DNA from: Octopus sinensis
Taxonomy: Eukaryota
Direction of reading: 5' to 3'
Length of the DNA: 64,000 nt
Assembly: GCF_006345805.1 (NCBI RefSeq)
Contig: NC_043015.1
Coordinates: forward strand, 33,232,001 to 33,296,000
Shown one piece after another: positions 1 to 11,717 of this stretch (its first letter is position 1; each line of letters begins with the position of its first letter). The notes beneath the pieces are model-generated. The model did not search any database, was not told the DNA's origin, and was given only the letters and a program-made list of their open reading frames with translations. The position numbers and the translations under genes were made by a program.

Positions 1-61
1 GGTTGTGAAGTGAAGCTCTCACATCCAACCTATTTTGTAAAAGTAATATTAAAATAACTTG

Positions 62-415
62 GGTATGGCTGTGTGGTAAGAAGTTAGCTTCCCAACCACA
101 TCATTTCGGGCTCAGTTCCACTGCATGGCACCTTGGGCATGTGTCTCCAATTATAGTCTTGGGCTGACCAAAGCTTTGTGAGTGGATTTGTTAGACAGAA
201 ACTGAAAGAAGGCCATCGTATGTGTGCCTTTGACCTCCACCACAGCTTAACAAATGGTGTTTATGTCCCCATAACTTGGTTTGACAAAAGAGACTGATGG
301 AATAAGTACCAAGCTTAAAAAAAAAAATTACTGGGGTTGATTCATTCAACTAAAGAATCTTCAGGTTGGTGACCCAGCATGGTAGCAATCTAATGACTGA
401 TGCAAGTAAAAGACA
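62..415 (+). mobile_element. tRNA-derived SINE, family A (head GGCTGTGTGGTAAGAAG..GGTTCAGTCCCACTG; tail ..CAAGTAAAAGA)
   Basis: Same head/core/tail recurs at about 7980, 31370 (minus), 39267 and 51722. Confidence 0.8.
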
Positions 416-688
416 AAAAAAAAAAAAGGGAAACCTCACATCTTTCACTGGATCCAGTCTTAATTTGTTAGACATTTGGTAGAAATTACACCAATTATAA
501 GCTTATCAATTAAGCTCTATTAATTAACATGATTAGATGATGTAGTATTGTCTGTGGCAAGAATTGAACTGAGCGTCTCAGGCAAAGTGCCTTACTTTGC
601 ATCTTTACTTCCACTTCACAGCTGAGTGATTAGCACAAAGAAGGACTTCTAATTCTCAAAGGAAAAAAAAAAAAGAAGTTCAACTTAC

Positions 689-798
689 ATTATAGATTCC
701 ACGGATTTGGGTTTGATGAAAACTGCGATTGGATATAATCCTGCTACTTGTAGCCGCTTGATTGCGTTACCACTGACGTCCAAAATGCAGTGTTTGCC
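689..798 (-). CDS. dlg1: Dlg exon: GK ([36 protein letters not shown]), 110 nt, phase 0-2; remaining exons lie outside the window
   Basis: [17 protein letters not shown] is diagnostic of the Dlg family; ttgttcag| acceptor, AT|GTAAGT donor. Confidence 0.97.
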
Positions 799-1294
799 CT
801 GAACAAAGAACATTTTAAAACAGAAGATTAAACATAGTTTCATTTTAATCAAGCTGAAGATGTGTTTGTGTATGTGTAGGTAACTAATACTTAAATTTCA
901 AGTTGTTCAACCATCTTCCCAAGTATTAAAGACAGGTAGTGTCTCCAATCTAAACATCAGACGTTTATGATTTTTAGTCAACAGAGCTCAAGTCTTTTTG
1001 TTATGTGTAGTCCTAAGGTCTGTCCACTGTTCAACAATGACTGGAGATATTTTGGTCATCTGACTCATGGATCTAAACCTTTGAAGGAGTCTATACAGTG
1101 ACTATTTTCATAAGATTAAGCATGGTCTTATTAAATTTAAAGACATAGGCACAACATTTTAATCATACCCATCTTATAATAAAATATGGTAACTGGGGTA
1201 TATCGGCAAACATCCAGTTGGGAAGAATAGGGTTGAGCAGAAATACGCATCATAGAAGGAAAAGTGTAAATAAATGTGGAGAGTGGGCGCCTAC

Positions 1295-1467
1295 CTTTTC
1301 TGCAACTTCCTTCACTGACGCAACACTAGTTCCGTAAAGATTGTCATTGTACTGGCCAGCTTCAATGAAAAGATGGTTTTGAATGTCTCGCTCCATTTGC
1401 TCTCGAGATGCAACAAAATGGTAGTCACGGGCATCAACTTCGTTCTCTCTCCGTTGTCGGGTAGTAT
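1295..1467 (-). CDS. dlg1: Dlg exon: GK core ([58 protein letters not shown]), 173 nt, phase 1-0
   Basis: GK motifs [21 protein letters not shown]; cttacag| acceptor, AAG|GTAGGC donor. Confidence 0.97.
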
Positions 1468-2906
1468 CTGTAAGTACAGATGAGAAGATGGTAGTGAAAT
1501 AAGGGTGGCCTTGTACTAATAGACCTTCAGCAAAGAGTAACTGACTGATTAATATTATAATATCTGCTGTAAGTCTGAGATGGAAGAGATTATGTGTTTG
1601 TTATATGAGAATTAGAAAGAGTGTTTGAGGAAAATATCATCGGGTGGACAGTTTCACATGAATTGGCCAGCTGGAGGGGTGCCCTGGTTCCATTTGTCTG
1701 GTTTTTACAGATGGATGCCCTTCTTAATGCCAACCATTTTGGAGAGTGTACCAGGTGCTTCTATGTGACACTGGCGTGAGTTCTTTTACATGGCACCGTC
1801 ACAACAATATCTATATTATAACGCAGAAAGCCGCTTATTAATTAGGTATGTAACAATTACTAAAAGAAAGCAATTATCAAAGGCTTGACTGTCTGGAAAT
1901 CTTTAATAAATTCATGTTCTAAGAAATTTCCTATAATTTCTATTTCCAAACTTTATTGAATTTTTGAACTCCAATTTTTCACAAATTTAAATATTCATTG
2001 CATTCACTGTGGAGTATTCTGTTTTCATTTGCAAAGTCTCTCACTCTCTGTTTCAATGTTTACATTTCAAGTTTTAATTTGCCATTTGGAAAATCCAGTG
2101 TAAAAACATTATGTATTTTGTAAAAAAAATTAAGTGATTTTGTTGTTATGGTTGTTTGAATAGTTATTTTTATAAGGCTTAGTCCAGACAGATTTTGGCC
2201 ATTTATTTAAAACTTAAAAACCTCCAGGAGCATTTTTTGAGAAAAAAAAAAATTTTTCAGAGGAAAAGGTGAAGACAATTCAAGGGAGGTTTACTGTTGT
2301 TTCTAGCAAATTTTCTTCTCTTTAGCATATAAATGTATTTATGGGGAGAAAAATATTGAGTGAGAGTGATAAAGAAATGTGGAGGATTGTCTTGGGAGGT
2401 GCTAGAAACAACAGCCAAGTCTCCCTTAAATCACTCGCTATTCCCTCTGAAAATATTAATTTAAAAAAATTTTTGACCAAAAATGCTTCTCCCATGGTTT
2501 TGAAGTGCAACAAAAATCGGCCAAAATAGGTCTGGAGTGGGATGATGAGGGGGAAAGGGAGTGTATTTCTGCTAATAGATTATAATGTACATCAAGCTAG
2601 TATCAATATTGTGTATCTACACTGATTACATGGGAGATTTTACAACCCACACATGTATATAACATGTGTGGCTACATGTTTATAAAGGTGAAGGCATAGC
2701 TTTGTAGTTAAGAAGTTTGCTTCAAAACCATGTAGTTTCAGGTTTGATCCATACCTATGTGGCAATGTGGACAAGTGTCCTTCCCTACAGCCTTGGGTTG
2801 ACCAATGCTTTGTGAATAAAATTTGGAAGATAGAAATTGTATGGAAGCCTGTTGTGTGAGACTGCCTCAACCTGTCTTCACAATTCCACATATTGTCCAG
2901 TGGCGA

Positions 2907-3067
2907 ATTTATTTACTTCTGAGAAGCAATATTCATCCCCACTTAAATGTGGATGTTCTGTTAGAACGGTATTGTGGTATAGTCTATTCTAGCAGACTAT
3001 TCCACAATATAGTCTGGTATAGTCTATACACCAGACTATGAATATTGCTTCTCAGAAGTAAATAAAT
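2907..3067. repeat. Perfect 30-bp inverted repeat enclosing two further hairpins
   Basis: 2907-2936 atttatttacttctgagaagcaatattcat is the exact reverse complement of 3038-3067. Confidence 0.95.
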
Positions 3068-3447
3068 GTCATTTAAAACATTCAGATGTTTGGTTTTCAG
3101 TAGTCTTACTTACCTATTTGCCATCTTACAATATGTGTCTGTCATCCCAGCTGTGATTGGTCAACCAATGTCTCAGATATAACAAACTGTATCACATCTG
3201 ATTAACCAGTTTGTGGTAGTAGTAGTAGTTTACTATATGACACAAGTATTGGTGATCATTACACAATCTTTTCCAAGAAAAGCCTAGACAGCATTGAAAT
3301 TACATGATCAACCATCAGAATTGATATAAACTTGAACAATAAAATGACATAACCTTTTATTTCTTGTTTTAAGGCCCCAAAATCTCAGACAGCAGGGAAC
3401 TCCCATCACACCCATATTATTAGGAGAAAAAATATAAAACTACTTAC

Positions 3448-3549
3448 GTGGTACACAGCTGCCAAATCTGTCAGGAAATTCAGAGATCAAATCATCGTTT
3501 ATCCTATCCTTCAAGGGCCCCAAGATAATGACAGGCCGTGTGTACTTCA
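3448..3549 (-). CDS. dlg1: Dlg exon: GK start ([35 protein letters not shown]), 102 nt, phase 1-1
   Basis: Near-identical to the Dlg GK N-terminus; gttgcag| acceptor, C|GTAAGT donor. Confidence 0.97.
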
Positions 3550-3646
3550 CTGCAACAGAGAAGTGTCAGAGTGTTGTAAATTAAGACTTGCATAGTTTTG
3601 GGGGAAAAAAGAGAGGAAGGATAGAGTGAGTATAGACAGAGTGAAA

Positions 3647-3689
<43 letters not shown>

Positions 3690-3753
3690 CCATTAAAGTA
3701 AAATACTGGGCAGAATAGCTAAAAAAAAAATCACCAGAAAACACCCTACTTAC

Positions 3754-3801
3754 ACTCCTGCTGTATGACTGCTTCGTATGATAAGATAGGTTCATCACCA
3801 C
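3754..3801 (-). CDS. dlg1: Dlg exon: end of HOOK (R-GDEPILSYEAVIQQE), 48 nt, phase 1-1
   Basis: LSYE.V motif; ttattttag| acceptor, T|GTAAGT donor. Confidence 0.93.
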
Positions 3802-5105
3802 CTAAAATAAAGATAGATAAAAGAAGGATTAGCAAGGAGACAATAGGAGTTAGAGAAATTAAATATTCAACAGCTAATTGTAGAGTCTGCTGCTACAATA
3901 ACCCACTAAAACATCAAATGTCTGATAGTCGTCGAGTCCCACATAATAACTAACCTGATGTATTTGACAGTCAATTGTAGGTCCTCACATAATAGTCCCT
4001 ACTAACCCACTAAGTACTCGTCACATAAACCACGAAATATTTCACTGACATTTGTAGGGTCTGCCATACGCAATACCCTTTATTAACTCATCAATAAACA
4101 GTCTAATCAATTTTAAGATACAGTTTAAATGTAATGATCTGTGATTTTTTTTTTCAGAAACTAGACGTAGATTATCAAATATGTGATGACAAACTCCCAC
4201 AGAGGATATTCTAAGGGTCAGCATAACGTCTCAGTAATCCTTATTTTCCTAATTTACTCATTTAGATGAGAATAAAGCCTCTTTAGCCTCAAACGGGCCC
4301 ACCATGGCTTTTGAGAAGCTGAAAATAGTTAAGACAGAGAAATGGATGAGATCCACAATTCTAGAATATTCCATCTTACTTCAGAATGTAAAAAAATGAA
4401 ACATGGGAAGGAAAAAAATTAACAACAACAAACATGCAAAAGTCGTCTACAACACAACAATGAGCAGCCAACATCAGCCATTCTTAACATTAACGTGTGC
4501 AGACACACACAATCACAAGCACACATATACAAGTACACACACACAGAATGCCATAATTGGGAAGCTGCAGTAATGCAAACCTGAAATTAAAAGAATTCCT
4601 TCACTAGCAGTTTCAATAAATATAATAGTTGCAACAAAATGAAATGAAATCACTTCAAAATGAATAACTATCTATCTCTCTATATATCTATATCTATACA
4701 CACACACATACAATATTGTGTAGGTAATAATATGAAATTATAAAATTTAATGAAGTTATTGCAACAAAAATGACAAAAAAAAATTTCACAGGAATTTTAG
4801 AAAGAATTCTAATGGCATGCAACAACATGAAAATATGGGCAGACGATGAAATCTTAGTGATTTGAATAGAATGTTGCCAGTTAAATGTTAATATCGCGAA
4901 TGGTTAATGGCATTTCAATGATTAGTGTGAGTAGTCAAGCAACAAGTTAGTCCTGGGATACCAGGAGAGGAGCATAAACATCTACATGTGTACACAATGA
5001 CAGGCAGAAAAGGGGGGAGGGAGTCGAACTGAAAAAAGAGGAGAATAGTTCGTGTACATGTAGACTGGATTGTGTTTATACATGGAATGATGCAGTCTTG
5101 CCCAG

Positions 5106-5139
<34 letters not shown>

Positions 5140-5829
5140 CCACGCACACAGCAGATACTTGTCCAAGTGCTGAGCAACGTGATGAAACCTGGAACCAAAT
5201 TGCTGGGAAACAAACTTTGCAACCACTCGATCATACCTGTGCTTCAGGCATTTACAACATGACACATACTACCTGACTGGGAGGTCAGATATGGAGTGTA
5301 TAGAATAAAGTGGTTTGCTTAGAGCTGTGGAAAAATGCCTGTAGTAGATTGACTCAGAAACTTTTATCCCAAATGATCCGTCTACTTTGTTGCAGATATA
5401 TATATACATACCTGTGATACTAACATGCAAATACAGATACTTGTAAGCACCAATTTATACATACATGCTTTATATATATATATGTATATATATATATGTA
5501 TATATATATTATAAATTACATCTGTAGATCACATTCACACACACAACATTTACATATACATTGTCTATATTGCTTTATTTACTTTATACATTAAAATATA
5601 CCAAATTATACATGGACATGGAAAGTGAAGCTGGATATAAAAAGAGAAAGGATAAAAAAAAACAACAGAAAGGCAAAAAACAAAATGAGAAAAGAAACAA
5701 AGAGAGAGGGACATACATAGAGAGAGAGAGGAGTAGGTCTAGATATGTGTAGGATGTACTGAGTTTTTTTTTTTCTGAACAAAATTTAGAAGGCCATAAA
5801 TGGAAGATGAAATAAATATAATGTTTCAA

Positions 5830-6560
5830 ATTTCTCTTTCAGGTGTCTTTCAAGGCAAATTCTAATCTGACAAAGAAAACGAAAAGCTGCTTTGCGTTCG
5901 TGGCTTTAGCTGCCAACTCTGTTGACTCAGAGATCACGAGCAGAACATGGATGGGTCCTTCATGTTCTGGGGTTCTGCATTGAGCAAGAGCCTGATAAGG
6001 GATTGTGTCGTTTGTGACCAATAAAAAGACACATTCTCAACAGTCATTCAATGTCAAGATGGCCAGATTTGTCCAACGGGTCCAGGACATCATCAGTAAC
6101 GATCCCAGTAGGTCGATGAGGGCCATCACTCTGAAGTAAAACCCAGGAAAATTTCGAGACCCAGTCAAAATGAATGCTAAACACACTCATCCTCTAGGTT
6201 CTCTAATGAACACTTTGACCAGAACCAGAAGGTGAACTAGAGTTGTGATAGGAAGCTCTATATGGACGCATAGAGGGGTCCATGATGATGCACACTGATC
6301 TGCCCTAGTTTCTAATAGTTCAGAGGATTATGAACAAGGAAGGGCCATGTAATGCCATTCACTTCCTTTCCAGAAGGATCTCAAGATAATGCTTCTACCT
6401 GCCATCAAGGTGCTGGACCCAGCAGTCAAGTACTGAATCAAGGAAGTGGATGGGTGCAAGCATATTTCAATGAGATTCTGCTCTCTCCCGCACCAGGGCC
6501 ACTAATGAGGCTGAGGGCAATTTTGTTGAACGGCCTTTCTACCATGCATTCAACAACCTC
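5830..6560 (+). mobile_element. Degraded Tc1/mariner (maT-like) transposase remnant
   Basis: Readable FVQRVQDIISNDPSRSMRAI segment typical of the N-terminal region; many stops and indels. Confidence 0.5.
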
Positions 6561-7749
6561 TTGCCATAGCACTCACCAGTTTTTACCCATCATCATTCCA
6601 TACACACCTCTCCAATGACATCCATTCCCTCCCATTGCAGCCTCGTAATCCAGACCACTTCATATATCTGATTGTTATGTCACGAAACATTGGCGAAATT
6701 CTTATTTTCAGCTTCACTCTTTGCTAAATATACTCAATGCCAAGCTTGTGTGTGTGTGTGTGTGTGTGTGTGAATATATATTTATTTGCACAGATATGTC
6801 ATTTGGTAGAGTGAATCGGCTTGTTAAAAAACAAAAGCATTTATTGATGTGATTCAAAACAAAGAGTGAAATTTATTGATTATATTGATTTGTCTGGGGA
6901 CCTCAAGTTTTGCCCCAGTGGCTTAACAAGCTGTTAAGGGGCAAAACCTAGGTGCCAGTCAAATTCATATAAATATATTGTAACTGAATTAAATAAAGAG
7001 TAAATATCTTTAACACATAGGTAAAAAGAGAGAGAGAGATGGGGGGGGGGAGAAGATAGAGAGAAAGAAGCATAACAGATACAGACTGATATAAAGTTAT
7101 ATAGACAGAATGACATATAAAGAGATGGAGAGAGAAATGTTGATGGATAGAGCAACATGTACAGATGGCTAGTTAGCTATAGAGACCGACAGACAGATAG
7201 AACGAAATATTGCTTGTGGTGAAGTTTAGCTGAGGTGATCAGACATTAGCTGGTGGTGATACAGACAATAAAAGATGGTATGTGCAGGAAGTGTCGCATG
7301 AAAGGTGAAGGATGACAATGGTAGCAGTGAGAATGGCAATAGGGTGACATTACTGTGATGGATGGAGTGGCTGGGGTCCCTTTCAACTTTTGCAGAAGAT
7401 TGGTCGTCAGAAGATATTTTGTAATTGTCTCTATCATATATTTAACTTTATAGTGTGGATGCATGTATATGTGTATAAAGTATCTATCTACCTAATGTGT
7501 GCATGTATATATATGTGTGTATGTATATGTATATATATATATACACACACACATCTTTCATCTTTCTCTTCACTATGCTTGTACTGACTATAGTTAAACT
7601 CTCACCTGGTGTTCAGATCTTGGACTGCAGAAATGGCAAGCTATTCCACTCTTGCTTAACACCAGAACAAAAACCATGACTACATTAACGAGCAGGTGAT
7701 ACCACAGGTTAGTGCAACTTTGGGCAGAAAACCTATAATTACTAACACA

Positions 7750-7965
7750 CACGAAGGTGTTGCTTCAACAAACACACGGCAAGAAGGAACCTGGTGCAGC
7801 CAGTCACCTGTCACAGGACGCAGATATTGGTAAAGAGATTCATCATAGGCTAGAATACATCAATAGAATCTTTGGTTGTCTGAAATGTGGATCCATGAAA
7901 TTGCATACTCTGAGACCCACAGCCAAACTGAATGCAGTTGTCATATCCAGTTTCTTTTGGGTTTC
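7750..7965 (+). mobile_element. RTE-type LINE RT remnant
   Basis: ORF 7757 reads LSQDADIGKEIHHRL..IFGCL..LRPTAKLNAVVISS, resembling the RTE post-RT region. Confidence 0.5.
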
Positions 7966-7979
7966 AAAGATACACATAC

Positions 7980-8352
7980 AGGTACAAGCATGGCTGTGTG
8001 GTTAAGGAGCTTGCTTTGCAACCATGTGGCATCAGGTTCAGTTCCACTCTATGGCCCCTTGGGTAAGCATCTTCTTCTATAGCCCTGGGCCGATTAATGC
8101 CTAGTGAATGAATTTGGTAGATGGAAACCTTTTGTGTGCATGCATTTGTTTGACCCCCACCTCCAATGCTTGACAACAGGTGTTAGTTTGTTTACATCCC
8201 CAAAGCTTAGTGGTTCAGCAAAAAGAAATAGATAGAATACCAGACTTAAAGAATAAAATCTTAAAAAAAAATGGGGAGCATTTTGTTTGACTAAACCTTT
8301 CAAAGCCATGCTCCAGCATGGCTGTTGTCTTACGACTGAAACGAGTAAAAGA
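7980..8352 (+). mobile_element. SINE family A copy
   Basis: GCATGGCTGTGTGGTTAAGGAGCTTGC...GGTTCAGTTCCACT...CAGCATGGCTG...GAAACGAGTAAAAGA. Confidence 0.8.
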
Positions 8353-8884
8353 AAAAAAGATGAAGATAAATGAGGTTTACAAAAATGCTTCATTAATGTA
8401 ATTGGTGATTGTAGTTGAATGACCATCACACGTGAAGACAGATCCTTTATGATGGAGCTTTCACAAAGCAGAAGCAAGTCTGTAGAAAGTTGCCAGAAGC
8501 AACCAACTCAGCACCTCTTTCCCAGGTGAGACAAATGCTCTCAGCCTGTGAGCAAACTCATATATTTGGCATTAGTGCAGATGGCCATATATGGCTTGAC
8601 AGAAGTTCGACCTGTGAGTGAGAAAGCGTGTATAATGCATGAGTGAATGAGAAAGCGTGTGTATGAATGTATTATATACCTACGCAGGGTACATATACTG
8701 TTAGATGTGTATATTATTTCAATATCAACTATATATTGATTTAAATATACACACCACCTGAGGAGGACAGGAATGTGATTTTGCAATATTCAAGCGTTTT
8801 GCAAAAGAATTAGAATATAAATGAAGTTAAATGGCAATAAGAAGGAATGAAAATCTAGGATAAGATAAAGTATATCGACAGCCA

Positions 8885-9170
8885 TAAAGACCCCCTTCGG
8901 TCATGGGATTGCACCCCGAATGATACCCACTGAAGCACAAGTCTGGGCAAGGTTGTTTATGGAAGACCAGCAGTCAGTCAACCGTGCGTACCAGCCTCCC
9001 CTCTCCGATACAGCTTGGCACCTGTGACATCACAACTCATTTCTACAGCTGAGTGAACTGGAGCAACATAAAATAAAGTGTCTTGCTCAAAGACACAACA
9101 GACAGCCCAATTCAGGAATTGAACTCACTATCTCATGATAGTGAGCCCAATACTCTAAACACTGAGCCAT
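8885..9170 (-). mobile_element. SINE family C (tRNA head + GAGCAAGACACTTTATT core)
   Basis: acagctgagtgaactggagcaac..ataaagtgtcttgctcaa..cactgagcc; shared with 22205-22520. Confidence 0.75.
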
Positions 9171-9686
9171 ATAGTTTTATGCACCTATTGACTGCCATAG
9201 TCTGAAGTAATTCCTCCGACCCAAGTCAAAATAACATCACAATCACATATAGATCCAATTTTAAAGCATTCGAACTTTAACATTCCATTATGTTAATGAG
9301 TGACTCTTGACGCCAACCAAATTAAATATTTGTTGGGTGGGGGTCTACAAAATATCCTTAATCCTGAACATAAAAAGAAAAAAAAAAATGTCCTTAAGCA
9401 AGCAATAATTTTGAGATTGTAAGGAAGAAGAAATATTGCATGTTGTGATGTGATGGTTTTCATGTCTTTCCCCAAAACATTTGTGAAGTGAAGTGGATAC
9501 AACAGGGAATTGAAACCACAAAGCTTACTTCTACTTCATTGCACAGCCTCTCCTCCACACATTCTCAGCAAGAGAGAGAGAGAAGGAGAAGCAAGAACAT
9601 GTGATGACCAAGAGATGTGTGAAGTGAAACTGCTACAACAGCAACTTAAGGCGAGGCCTGAGACACTCGGCTCACCAGGGTCTTAC

Positions 9687-9716
9687 CTCGACTGGATGGG
9701 ATCCGTCTTTTAAGGA
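9687..9716 (-). CDS. dlg1: Candidate alternative 30-nt Dlg microexon in HOOK (L-LKRRIPSSR), phase 1-1
   Basis: Long T tract ...ttttttttttctgtatatttgtag|TCCTTAAAAGACGGATCCCATCCAGTCGAG|GTAAGA; frame-preserving, no stop. Confidence 0.6.
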
Positions 9717-10184
9717 CTACAAATATACAGAAAAAAAAAAGCAAAACAAAAACAAATTTGTTGATGTTGTTGCTATTTTTTAATGTGAAAAGAAATTAAG
9801 AATGGGGTCAGGGTTAGAGTAGACCCTTAACAAAAGGGTTACCATGGCTAATTCTGAAATGGGTTGTGAAACTGTTATGAAGCTGTACGTTTGTGGAACC
9901 ACAAGACATTGAAAATGATTCCATGATTTTGGAGGTGTTAACATGGTAATCCTTAATCCTTCTTGCGACATCGGCAGAGAGAGAGAGAGAGAGAAAAGAG
10001 ATGATGAGAAGCAAGATAAGAGTGGCAGAGATGTAACAGAAGGAGAAGAAGGACAACAGACACCAGAGCCTGAGGCAAGCTTTACAGAAAAGGAAAATTA
10101 AATTAAATAAAAAGGAAAACAGAAAAGTAACAAAGACTTGTCCCATGAATGTTTTGGATAAACTTGAAGGAAGATATTACTTAC

Positions 10185-10220
10185 GAAGACTACCTTCCCT
10201 ACTATCACTGGCTAATCCAC
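10185..10220 (-). CDS. dlg1: Dlg 36-nt microexon in HOOK (R-GLASDSREGSL), phase 1-1; positional equivalent of SAP97 I5
   Basis: cattactacag| acceptor, perfect C|GTAAGT donor, frame-preserving, no stop; ASDS motif recalls I5 (NASDSESSY). Confidence 0.75.
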
Positions 10221-11717
10221 CTGTAGTAATGAGATAGGATCAAATTGATTGTAGGAGAGACAAATAGTTGGTTGTGTGTTAAAAGACAGAGTCAAAGAAA
10301 GAGAGAGCAGGATGAGAAGTTTTTACAGATGGTTAATAATAAAAATGAAAAAAAAGAACAAAAAAAATAAACAGAGAAAACAACAAAAATAAACAATAGT
10401 CATTCAGAAATATATAAATAGAATGATGGTTTTTAGATGGTTAGATTCTGGGTTTTTAATAAAGTTCCTAATGACAATTATTTAAATAAAATTTCTTATG
10501 AAGGTAAAAATTATTGATCATTGTCAACAGTGAATATAGCAATTTACAGAACATAATAACATTTAGCAATGTTAAATGGAGTTTTTTTTTTTAAAGAATG
10601 TGTAATGTGTGTAAACATATTGTTTGTTTTATCAATGTTTCTTGCATGTGATGATGGCATGCTGAATGAATTCCAGATTATATATAGAGACAAAACTATT
10701 TCACATGAAGACGTGTATTTTGACAGCAAGTAACATAATAATTAATAACAAATCATGAGGGGGGGGGGAGAGACAGACGCTATGGAAATGGTGATGCTAT
10801 TTTCCTTCAACACAAACCTCTTAACCAGTTCAATGAGCTGGTAAAAAAAAGGAAAGAAAACAAAAACATCTAGTTGGGAACATGTCACATACTTTTGTTA
10901 ACTTTAAAAGGTGTTTTACATGTTAACCAAATGTGGTAGAGAGAGAGAGAGAGAGAGTGTGTGTGTATAGAGAAAGCTACGTACATTCAGCCACAGAACT
11001 AAGCTAAATGTCTATTGATATGACATCTGTATCTTTTGACACCCAATATTTTCTGTCATGTTTAAGTGTAATTAGTGTTAATAATTCTACACGAATCATC
11101 ACTGATCTCATCCCAACCCCCCACAGCTCTCTAAATGGTTCAAATGAAATACACCTTTCATCTGATGATCTAATCTTAAAAACCCTGTATTCAGTGAAAT
11201 GAAGAAGTGTGTTCCAAACTTAATTAGTGCAGAAGGAATACTTTGAAGCCAGCAGTTTGAAGAAATAACGTTAATTTGGTTCACAGATCCATGAGAAATT
11301 GCACTTAAGTAGTTTTCCAGGCAGCTTATCATTCTGGAGGCAAGCAGGTAGCTCTCACCTCATGAGAATTCAGAAGGGTCTTAAATGCTTGATATGTCAC
11401 CAAGCCTTAAGTGATCTGCCATCCTCACACATTTTACTACCAGCAGAACACTGGAAAGACAAAACTGACATCAACCGTTTCCTATTACGCAGTCTCTTCA
11501 AACTCTAATTCCTGCAATATCACATATTTCTGTGGAAATTAACTATCTTAAGGATTTCTGTGTCTCACACTGACACTTAAGTCTCAAATTTGCAAACAGA
11601 ATAAGTACAGATGATTGCCAGTTATTTCATTGACCCTGGAAGAATGAAATGCATTGTCAGTTATGATGAAATAGGAGCACAGACAAATGATAGTTAATTA
11701 ATGATAGTTAATTAATG

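Noticed and set aside
62-140. tRNA genes at SINE heads (also 22480-22520 and 38900-38965)
   Set aside because: Only degenerate A/B-box-like heads attached to SINE bodies; no complete cloverleaf.
5237-5338. 102-nt candidate exon (acceptor ctactacag, donor CAG|GTATGA)
   Set aside because: In-frame TAA after six codons and a weak acceptor.
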